Below the pieces are notes generated by a model, which ran no database searches, had not been told where the DNA came from, and saw only the letters and a program-made list of their open reading frames with translations. The position numbers were made by a program, and so were the translations under genes. From positions 1 through 28,498 of IMG/VR virus record IMGVR_UViG_3300012971_000070: DNA of 28,498 nt; one strand, 5' to 3'. Shown piece after piece: positions 18,785 to 26,700 of this stretch (its first letter is position 1; every line of letters starts with the position of its first letter). The DNA comes from a virus (taxonomy: Duplodnaviria > Caudoviricetes).

Positions 18785-19588
18785 ATGGCAACCACGCCGA
18801 ATTTTGCGTTGCGTTACCCGGTATCGACTGACACCGCTGACGTGCCGCGCGACATCGGCAACCTCGCTAACGATGTTGACGCTCAGCTGTTGAAGGCGCA
18901 GATCGTGACGAGCGGATCACCGGCTGCAAACCAGGTGGCGGTTTGGAACGGCACCGCATGGGCATACTCGGCAGTTACAACGGCCATGATCAACGATGGC
19001 GCGGTCACGACAGCCAAGCTTGCTGGTGGAGTAGCGGTGCCGGCTGGAGCAATCTTTCAGTTTGGCGGGGCAGCAGCACCAACGGGTTATCTGCTTTGCG
19101 ACGGGACGGCTGTTGGCAGGTCGACATATGCGGCATTGTTTGCCGCGATCGGCACGGCATACGGAACGGGTGATGGATCGACCACATTCAACTTGCCCAA
19201 TCTTAAGGGCCGCATTCCGACTGGACTAGACGCGGCGCAGACGGAATTCAACGCGCTCGGTAAGACCGGCGGCGAGAAGACGCATGTGCTCATATTGTCC
19301 GAGATGGCGGCACATCAGCATGGGCAGCCTGACCATTCTCACACGATGTCGCATGATCATCCGTTGACGATGGGCGCGGGGCCGCAGGGCAACACCAGTC
19401 TGCCGACTGGCGGTGTCGGTACCGCTTACGACGTCGGCGGCAGTGGAGCAGGTGCTCCGGTCAAGTTCTACACCGGCGACACAGCGGGTGTTACCGGAGG
19501 GCCACCCGCCACAAGTGCCGCAGGTGGCGGCGGTGGCCACAACAATCTCCAGCCATATCTCGTCTTTGTCTTCATCATCAAGACGTGA
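18785..19588 (+). CDS. Tail collar-domain fibre protein
   Basis: 'PAGAIFQFGGAAAPTGYLLCDG..YAALFAAIGT.YG.GDGSTTFNLPNLKGR', HxH motifs and 'HNNLQPY'. Confidence 0.9.
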   Translation: MATTPNFALRYPVSTDTADVPRDIGNLANDVDAQLLKAQIVTSGSPAANQVAVWNGTAWAYSAVTTAMINDGAVTTAKLAGGVAVPAGAIFQFGGAAAPTGYLLCDGTAVGRSTYAALFAAIGTAYGTGDGSTTFNLPNLKGRIPTGLDAAQTEFNALGKTGGEKTHVLILSEMAAHQHGQPDHSHTMSHDHPLTMGAGPQGNTSLPTGGVGTAYDVGGSGAGAPVKFYTGDTAGVTGGPPATSAAGGGGGHNNLQPYLVFVFIIKT

Positions 19589-19866
19589 CCGTGTGGGATG
19601 AGCTTGGCTGGACAGATCCCGATCGTCGTGAAGAGGCTATCGATCGATTGCTGGCTCGCTTAGAGATAGAGGAGCCGCTATCACCGACTGAGGTCAAGAT
19701 CACAGCAGCTTTGTCACATGGAATGGGCGAAAAGGGTGCTGCAGAGATCTATGGTGTCTCCTACCAGACGGTGCGTACACATTCCCAGCGCGCACGTAGG
19801 AAGATGCGCGCGAAGAATAATGTACATCTGGTAGCGATCTGCCTTCGGCGGGGAGTAATAGATTAA
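19585..19866 (+). CDS. LuxR/GerE-type helix-turn-helix protein
   Basis: 'LSPTEVKI...GMGEKGAAEIYGVSYQTVRTH..RARRKM...LVA...RGVI' matches the LuxR C-terminal HTH pattern. Confidence 0.8.
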   Translation: MTVWDELGWTDPDRREEAIDRLLARLEIEEPLSPTEVKITAALSHGMGEKGAAEIYGVSYQTVRTHSQRARRKMRAKNNVHLVAICLRRGVID

Positions 19867-20324
19867 TCCCGCAGCGCGTACTCAAGCCACTGTGTTTCGT
19901 TATTGAGCTTTACGATTGCGCTCTTGCACCATTTCTCTTGGCCTGGCTGCCGAGAGGACCAGGTGACGATGTATTTGCGTCGGTTAAGCAACCAGATCTG
20001 ATGACTCTGCCACCACGTCAACCAGTTCATCACAGCGGCTTCTTGTAGAACATCGTGTTCTTTCTTTAGTAGTCTCGGATCCTTACCTGACCAGGAGGAA
20101 GCTAGCTGTAGCGTGACATGCGCAATTCGACGACAGCGTTTCTTGTCTAGTGCTAGATCTCTAGAAGAAGCGTCTTCTCCAATCCTCCGAGGGATATGAC
20201 CAGCAGCTGCCGCAATAGCGTTGAGCCGCAGTAGTCGTTCCACCTCTTCTTCTGTGATCTTCTTTGCGCTTTCCCCTGCCTCGATCTCGAGGGCAGGATC
20301 TACCCACTGTGCCAGGTAGTTCAC
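19863..20324 (-). CDS. Hypothetical protein
   Basis: Strong AAGGAGG RBS before GTG 20324. Its stop overlaps the LuxR gene stop (TTAA). Confidence 0.65.
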   Translation of the reverse strand: MNYLAQWVDPALEIEAGESAKKITEEEVERLLRLNAIAAAAGHIPRRIGEDASSRDLALDKKRCRRIAHVTLQLASSWSGKDPRLLKKEHDVLQEAAVMNWLTWWQSHQIWLLNRRKYIVTWSSRQPGQEKWCKSAIVKLNNETQWLEYALRD

Positions 20325-20480
20325 GCGGTTAGCCTCCTTCAGTGCCGGTTAGGGTGTTGGAGGAAGTCCTCATCTTCCGCGTACAAAGAGTTTAGGGGTT
20401 AACCCACCCCGTAGGGAGTCTGCTGGAGGTGTCTTTGTATAGCCAGTGCAGTGGGCTGCACGGTGCGATCGCTGTATTAG

Positions 20481-20551
20481 ACCGCTTGGACAAGCGGTTT
20501 TAGACCCCACTTCAGACCCACTAGCCTCGTGCAGCGGCTTGGACAAGCGGT
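20481..20551. promoter_or_regulatory. Two palindromic boxes: perfect ACCGCTTG-GA-CAAGCGGT (20481-20498) and a 15-bp copy GCTTGGACAAGCGGT (20537-20551)
   Basis: Seen directly in the longest intergenic gap. Operator or origin function is inferred. Confidence 0.55.
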
Positions 20552-20559
20552 CCCCCATC

Positions 20560-21417
20560 CTACGGCCTGCCCCCGAACATACGCAGGGCGGAAGCAACTC
20601 TTTCCGCAGGGTATGGGCGCGCTAGCCGCAAGGCTTCCGCAGCCTTGGGACCGATGAAATCTGTCGCCATGACGAGCCATTTCGTGGACATACGCTTTGG
20701 CGGTGGGCTGATGTATTTCGGACCCCACAGCTTGAACGTCAGTTCGTGATCACGCCGGTTCTGGGCAGCCCGCTCAAACTCGGTCTTGTACATTGCCTGA
20801 ATTCCGCCGTCGTCATGTGGTTTGTTGACCATGGCGATATGACAACCGGAATGAATCCACCACAGATGTCCGATCTTGATACCGCGCCGGTTCATCTCCT
20901 GAGTATCAAGTGTCTTCAGCCTTGGGTGAAAGTTCCCGGCTACCAGAGCTAGCTTTGTGTTGATCGCCATCACACGATCTCGGGCACCGCCACAGGGCAC
21001 GACGAGATTCGATTCCTTGCTGATTCTGTTACCATCCGGAACCCATTGTCCGTAGTTCGGCATCCAGCCACCGCAGATGATCGCCTTGCCTGCCGCTACA
21101 AAATCCAAGAGGACGTTCGGGTGCCCTTTAGTGATTTTCATGTCGTCGTCGGACATGATAAAAGCTTCTATACCGAACGTGTCGGCAATCTCTACGGCTC
21201 GCATCCTTGCGTAGCCGACTCCCTGGTTTTTCTTTGGATGCCCGGCGACAACGATCTCCTTCTTTGCACCAAGTTCTTTGATGAGGGCTTGGTGCTTTGC
21301 TACCTGATTCTTCTCGGTCAGAAGGAGGATCGGTAGTTCTTGCTCTAGCCAGTTGGGCAATGTTTTGCGGAGTGTCTCGATGCGGTCTCTGGTGACAATG
21401 ATGACTCCCCTGCTCAT
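20560..21417 (-). CDS. GT-A fold glycosyltransferase, resembling phage DNA-base glycosyltransferases (TAGT/GREB1-like)
   Basis: 'IIVTRDR', 'GVGYAR', the 'MSDDD' DxD motif and late 'GGIQAMY...KLWG'. ATG 21417 overlaps the upstream TGA. Confidence 0.65.
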   Translation of the reverse strand: MSRGVIIVTRDRIETLRKTLPNWLEQELPILLLTEKNQVAKHQALIKELGAKKEIVVAGHPKKNQGVGYARMRAVEIADTFGIEAFIMSDDDMKITKGHPNVLLDFVAAGKAIICGGWMPNYGQWVPDGNRISKESNLVVPCGGARDRVMAINTKLALVAGNFHPRLKTLDTQEMNRRGIKIGHLWWIHSGCHIAMVNKPHDDGGIQAMYKTEFERAAQNRRDHELTFKLWGPKYISPPPKRMSTKWLVMATDFIGPKAAEALRLARPYPAERVASALRMFGGRP

Positions 21418-21731
21418 CAATACCCGATCAACCGCTCGAGGCGATCTTCTTGCATGGCCTGCGCTCTTCTTGCTTTAAGGAGCTCGTCATGAACTTCGTG
21501 GTTTTTGCGATCTTCTATACGCCGGTGTTCGAGGGCAATGATGAGTTTGCGTGCCGTCTCATGCTGCACAGTGCAATGCACGCTATGCATGATTCTGCCG
21601 ATGGTAGAGGCGGCGACTAGAGAGTACTCTGCCGCCGCCTTCGCATTGCCGCACCTCTGCACAAGTTCCTTGACGTATGGCCTGATCTGCTGACAGTCAA
21701 TCAAGGACTTGTGGTATTTCTCGTACGACAT
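21417..21731 (-). CDS. Small protein with possible XRE-like HTH
   Basis: GGAGGAAG RBS; 'AAEYSLVAASTIGRIM....VQHETARKL' is HTH-like. Confidence 0.55.
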   Translation of the reverse strand: MSYEKYHKSLIDCQQIRPYVKELVQRCGNAKAAAEYSLVAASTIGRIMHSVHCTVQHETARKLIIALEHRRIEDRKNHEVHDELLKARRAQAMQEDRLERLIGY

Positions 21732-21739
21732 CTTCCTCC

Positions 21740-22669
21740 TTACGCAGGTCGTGGTTGGTCTTCAGTTGTAATCCCTGCCCATGGATTCGCCATCCATTCG
21801 GCCGGGTCAATGTCTTCAAACAGTCCATCATTGACGCGTTCGCGGATCGTACAGCCTCGGTCAAGGTGACTCATGAATGCACAGCGCCCGAGCCGGTAGC
21901 AAATAGGCGTGAACGTGTATGCCTTTGGTTCGGCGATGAGCTCCCACTGCCAAGCATCATCTGTTACCGGCCCATCTTCCCCTCTACGATTGGGAATGCC
22001 GTAATCCCTGATGGCCCGTATGATCTCCATGAAGACCGCGCGCCACTCAAACTGTGCCTGCGTGCAGAGCCGGTTTCCTGCATGCTCAAATAGCGCGCGT
22101 AAGTTTGTGTGATAGATGATGCGAGTCGTCGTCGCGTGCGGGAGCAGACCTCGTGCATCTTCGGCAGGGATGCCCGCGTTGATCAATGAAGTGTAGGCTC
22201 TTTCTATTTGCTTGATTGTTTGGTTCCAGATTGTTTCCGGAATCTCATTTCCCATGACGAATGGGGGCTTGGCTACCTCTTGTACGAGGCCGCGCTTCAC
22301 GGCGAAGCGTAGACTTTCCTGAACGTAGTACGCACCCACCCGCTGTCGCACCATCTGGTGGGTGAACGATCTGGTGACTGCTTCGATCATGAACTTGACG
22401 CTCACACCTTCGAGCGGTGTATTGAGGTGTGTCTTGCTGAGTTCTTCCCAGGCCCACCGACGCTGCTCATCCGTGATCTCGTCCAGGCTGTAGACAGGGT
22501 CACCACGGTACATGCGCATATCTGCCGCACATGTACCGAGCGGATCCGGCGTCGCGTTCAGAAGAAAGACGCGGGGTGTGATCCCCGCGCCTTCTTCCGT
22601 TAGCATCGGCTGGGACTCATACATAGCCTCATCGGCCCATTTGATGATGTCCTTGCCGGGCTTCGTCAT
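21740..22669 (-). CDS. thyX: ThyX-like flavin-dependent thymidylate synthase (divergent motif)
   Basis: 'H..TPLE', 'TRSFTHQMVRQR.X8.SLR', 'GIPAEDARGLLP' and 'RLCTQAQFEWR'. Start is ATG 22669 after GAGGAAGG. Confidence 0.8.
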   Translation of the reverse strand: MTKPGKDIIKWADEAMYESQPMLTEEGAGITPRVFLLNATPDPLGTCAADMRMYRGDPVYSLDEITDEQRRWAWEELSKTHLNTPLEGVSVKFMIEAVTRSFTHQMVRQRVGAYYVQESLRFAVKRGLVQEVAKPPFVMGNEIPETIWNQTIKQIERAYTSLINAGIPAEDARGLLPHATTTRIIYHTNLRALFEHAGNRLCTQAQFEWRAVFMEIIRAIRDYGIPNRRGEDGPVTDDAWQWELIAEPKAYTFTPICYRLGRCAFMSHLDRGCTIRERVNDGLFEDIDPAEWMANPWAGITTEDQPRPA

Positions 22670-22670
22670 G

Positions 22671-23069
22671 TTACTTTGCCTTCCTCGTCCGCACAGCCTT
22701 GCCAGCCGCACTCCTCAGAAATGCCTTCTGAGCCTCGGGCTTGCTACCTGGCTTTACCTTGTTGATTGCCCCGGCCGGGTATGCCTTGAGCTTGACTTGC
22801 TCGGTGACCGGCTTGCTATCCTCCTCCGCGGTCTGTTCGACCCCACCGAACCCAGTGTAGGTTTGGCCTTTCTTGTACCTCGCGCCCTTCTTGAGTGGTG
22901 CCCGGTATGAGAATGTGAAGCGTACGACACCGGGGACGGTGAAGTCCTGCCCTTCTTCGATTTCAGCGGCAGCGAGGTCTGCCAGGGAGTCAAGCACGTG
23001 CTTAACGAGGTTCTGCTTGACACCGGTGTCACTCTCGATATCCGCTGCGATCTCATTCTTCGTCAGCAT
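22671..23069 (-). CDS. HU/IHF-like DNA-binding protein
   Basis: 'MLTKNEIAADI...VKHVLDSL...EIEEGQDFTVPGVVRF' HU core, with an extended arm and basic tail. Confidence 0.8.
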   Translation of the reverse strand: MLTKNEIAADIESDTGVKQNLVKHVLDSLADLAAAEIEEGQDFTVPGVVRFTFSYRAPLKKGARYKKGQTYTGFGGVEQTAEEDSKPVTEQVKLKAYPAGAINKVKPGSKPEAQKAFLRSAAGKAVRTRKAK

Positions 23070-23091
23070 ATTGCTCCCTTGGTGGTTGTTG

Positions 23092-23457
23092 TTAGATTAA
23101 CCCGCACATTCGTGCTGTGTTCGGCCAGGGATACCATCCCCGCGCCCTGTATCCGTTCCTTCCTGCCTGCAGCTGAGCCCATACAGGCCAGTTGTGTGCG
23201 TACCCCCACTGCGCTATGAATTGAAGTCGGGATCTGTGTACTCGCACCCAACCGAACGTATGTTGAAACTCTCGGTCCATTTGCAGGCCACCGTAGTATC
23301 CGTTGCCGGTGTTCGCTCTCCATGATCCCTCGTGCGAATGAATGCACCACAAACCACGCGTCACGTAGTCGGATTGCGTCTTGCCGTTGGCGGCTCCGGT
23401 GGAGCCTAGAATGAACGCCACGCAGAACGCGGCTAGGATGGTGGCTGTACCCTTCAC
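23092..23457 (-). CDS. Secreted Rpf-like lytic transglycosylase
   Basis: N-terminal signal-peptide-like segment. 'CIHSHEG.W.ANTGNGYYGGLQ' carries the catalytic Glu and 'GWYPWP..C' matches the Rpf domain. AAGGAGG RBS. Confidence 0.8.
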   Translation of the reverse strand: MKGTATILAAFCVAFILGSTGAANGKTQSDYVTRGLWCIHSHEGSWRANTGNGYYGGLQMDREFQHTFGWVRVHRSRLQFIAQWGYAHNWPVWAQLQAGRNGYRARGWYPWPNTARMCGLI

Positions 23458-23604
23458 AGCCCTCCTTGGGTAGCTTACAGAGTTGAGCGACAGCCTCAGG
23501 CCGCTCTAGCACAGCCCCGATCACAGGCTCCAGCCTAGGAACCCGGTGCCCTTGACCAGCAACAGTCACAGGAGTACTGTTGCTCCGTAACCCAATAGCT
23601 GTGC
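23455..23604 (-). promoter_or_regulatory. Putative structured 5' leader of the Rpf-like gene
   Basis: Long-range complementarity between 23583-23603 and 23455-23482, plus internal hairpins, read by eye. Confidence 0.45.
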
Positions 23605-23616
23605 GTCCCACGTTGA

Positions 23617-23706
23617 TCACTCTTCTTCTTCCGTTCCTTCTTCTTCCGTGCCGGCTTCTTCTGTGCCCTCTTCTTCCGTGCCTTCAGGCGTCTCTGCCTC
23701 GCTCAT
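23617..23706 (-). CDS. 29-aa polyacidic peptide MSEAETPEGTEEEGTEEAGTEEEGTEEEE
   Basis: GGAGGGAGG RBS directly after the dnaE stop, then ATG...TGA in frame. Below the ORF-track size cutoff. Confidence 0.65.
   Translation of the reverse strand: MSEAETPEGTEEEGTEEAGTEEEGTEEEE
23620..23682 (-). repeat. Four 15-bp tandem repeats encoding GTEE(E/A)
   Basis: GGCACGGAAGAAGAG / GGCACAGAAGAAGCC / GGCACGGAAGAAGAA / GGAACGGAAGAAGAA. Confidence 0.9.
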
Positions 23707-23718
23707 CTACCCTCCCTC

Positions 23719-26700
23719 CTAGATCTCCGGATCAATGATCCAGAGCTCATTTATGGTGATCTGCCTCGTCGGCATCCACCCCGGTTTGACTCCTCGGACC
23801 AGGACGAGATCCTTTCCTGGTCTGATCTTCCACACCTTATCACGGAGGCGCGGATAGCGCCAGCGGTCTACACGGAGGCCAATTTGATCGCTTTCATCAT
23901 GGCCTACCATCACGACCCATTTGTCTAGGTGTGGGTCCTTTACAGGCTTACCATTCAATAGTGGATGCTTCGGATCACTCATATCGAGATCTGCACCCTT
24001 TGCCTGGTTGAACTCGAACAGGTCTCGTTCGTTGCGGCTAAACAGTGTCCCGAGCCATACACACTCAATGTCTATTGGCCCGCGCTCGTATGGGAAGTCC
24101 TCAGCTAGATGTGTCGGTCTGGGAACGGGGAGCTTGCCACTCTTGATCTCTTGCTTGACTGCCGCAATCGCGCGGTCTAGCCACAGCGCGCCAAATGGGT
24201 CATCCCCCTTGTTGGCGAACTCTACGATTGTCTCAAGTGTCTTGGGACCGATCCCACTGACGTTCAGAAGATCATCCCAATCCCTGATCTCATCTGTGTT
24301 ACGGTACTCTACGATCTTCTGTGAGGTGATGTCACCGATGCCTGGTACCTGTGAGAAGCCCGCCACAAGTTCGCCATTGTCGCTCGTCCACGTTACGTCG
24401 CTATGTTGAGGCTCTGGCGGCCTGATCGTCATCTTCCTACCCTTACGTTGCGTGTCGCGTAGGAGCGTACGCTGCCGATCATCATTTGATACCCGGAGCA
24501 TATGCTTGTAAAAGAGCTCTGGCTCGTAGCGTTTGAACCACATCGCATGACTGGCGATCATACCGTACGACACCGCGTGTGCGGCATTGAAGGCATACGC
24601 GCCAGCAGTGATACAGGTCATCCAGATTTTACGAGCAACTTCTTCTTCCATGTCGTGGAGTCTTGTGGCTCCGTCTCGGAATCTTCCCCATCTTCGGTTG
24701 AACTCTTGTTCTCCGATCTTGCGTGAGATAATACGACGAACTTCAGCGCGGTGCGTATGGTCGAATCCTCCTATCTCCCCCAGAATCCTGAGGATTTGTT
24801 CTTGGTAAACAACCTGGCCATACGTTGCATCGCAGATATTACTCATCGCAGGATGAATCTGCTCAATTGGTTTCCGCCCCCACTTGATGTCGATGTACTC
24901 ATTAGCCGCGCCGTTATGCAGCGGCCCAGGCCTTGCAAGGGCAGTCACGTCGTACACGTGCTTGAAGGTCTCGGGCTGTAGCGCGCCATTGACATATCGA
25001 CAGGCTGGTCCTTCAAATTGAAAGATGCCGATGACGTCATTGGCTGCGAATCCCTTGATCAACTCTGGGTTGTGTACGTCGATCCCGTAGAGCTCATCGA
25101 GAGACCAGCCCATTTCCTTGCGCATGTTGTCAATAGCTGTCATGTTTGTCAAACCTAGGAAGTCTAGCTTGAGAAGTCCTTTCTTCTCAGCATCGTACTT
25201 ATCCATGCTGATGACCTGCCGTACCTCACCTTTGACTACTCGCTGGTATGTTGCTGCGACTGCCGTGAGGGGCCCAGTGGATACAACCAGACCAGCCGAA
25301 TGGACCCCGAACCCTTTGTAGTTCCCTTCGAGGTCGAGAGCCGCACCCAGATCTGGATACTTTTCGAAAACTTCCCGCGCCTGCGGGAACTGCTCAGCCG
25401 TATCCTCAATCGTGGCAGACGCACGTAGATCACCCGAGCTCCTTTCAATCAGGACATCCTTGATACGATCAATCTCCCACGTTGGGACATGAAAGACGCG
25501 CGCTGCGTCGTCTAGACTGTTCTTTCCCTTGTACTTGGTGAACGTACCGACGTTGCCTACTCTTCCATCTCCGTACTTCCCAAGCAGGTATTCGTACACC
25601 TCGCTCCTACGCTCGCTATTGAAGTCTACGTCTACGTCGGGCAGGTCTTGACGCGTGACATCAATGAAGCGCTCGAAGATGAGGTCGTCGGGGTACAGCA
25701 TTGGATTGACTTCGGTAATTCGAAGTAGCCAGCAGGCGAGAGAACCAGCGGAAGATCCACGGGCGGGACCCACGCCAATATCGTGGTCTTTGGCATATTG
25801 TATTGCATCAGCCACCACCAGGAAGTAGTCTACGAAGTCCTTGTTCTCGATAATCTTCATCTCATGCCGCAGTCGGTCGGCGTACTGTCTCCTCTCACGT
25901 ATGGAGAGGTTCTCTACGCCACGCTCATGCCAGCCGCGCTTTAGCCAGGCACGCCATAGTTGAACACTATCCTCATAACCCGAGGGGACAGGGAAGCGTA
26001 GCATTGGAAGAGAAGGTAACTCAACTGAGCATCGGTCGGCAACCTCACGAGTTGTGATGACTGCCCGTAGAGATTGCTCATGGGATAGTCCGGTAGCTTG
26101 GAGCTTTCGCAGGACAACGCTGTCGCTCCAGGGTAGGCAAAGATTGCTATCGTACCCCCACTCACGTGCCATCTCCTCAATCGTGCGTCGTTCACCGGGT
26201 CGGAGGTTATGCAGGATCTTCTGCATTTCCTTCTCCTCCGGCATGGTGTAGTGGCAGTCGAATGTTACAACGTAGGGAATCCTGAGCTCTTCCGCGATTT
26301 GAACAAGGAACGGATTCGCTTGACGCGTCTTCTCGAGCTCAGGAAAGGCTTGTACTTCGATGTAGTACCTGTCGCCGAGAACACGCTTGTACTGAGACGC
26401 CACTCTTTTCGCTCTGCCATAGCTTGCCTCATCCTCCTGTACGTGTTTGCCACCCACGAGAGCAGTGAAGAGAGCAGATCCCTGACAGCCTGAGAGCACA
26501 ACCAGACCGTGACTATGGTCAAGAAGCATACGGCCAGTAGCAGTGGGCTCATAGTAGAATCCCTCCGCGTATGTTTTGGTCACCAACTGTAATAGGTTCT
26601 GGTATCCCTGTTCGTCCTCAGCCAAGACCGTAAGGTGGTTCTTGCGCTGAGTTGCGTTCTCTCCTAGCTCTCCGGTGTAAAGCTCCACACCGAATATGGG

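Noticed and set aside
105-19540. Many antisense and alternate-frame ORFs over the structural genes
   Set aside because: Typical shadow ORFs of GC-rich coding DNA, with no motifs or RBS support.
6106-19588. Extracellular contractile injection system or tailocin
   Set aside because: Portal, protease, capsid and replication genes are contiguous, indicating a true phage.
20481-20551. Mini CRISPR array (two palindromic repeats with a 38-bp spacer)
   Set aside because: Only two copies of 15 bp, too short for CRISPR repeats, and no cas genes.
20325-23616. tRNA genes in the two intergenic gaps
   Set aside because: No cloverleaf with a T-loop GTTCRA and properly spaced D-arm was seen on either strand.
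23063-23620. 185-aa ORF overlapping the Rpf-like gene in another frame
   Set aside because: No recognisable domain and it fully overlaps a well-supported gene. Its GTG does overlap the acidic peptide stop, so a regulatory role is not excluded.
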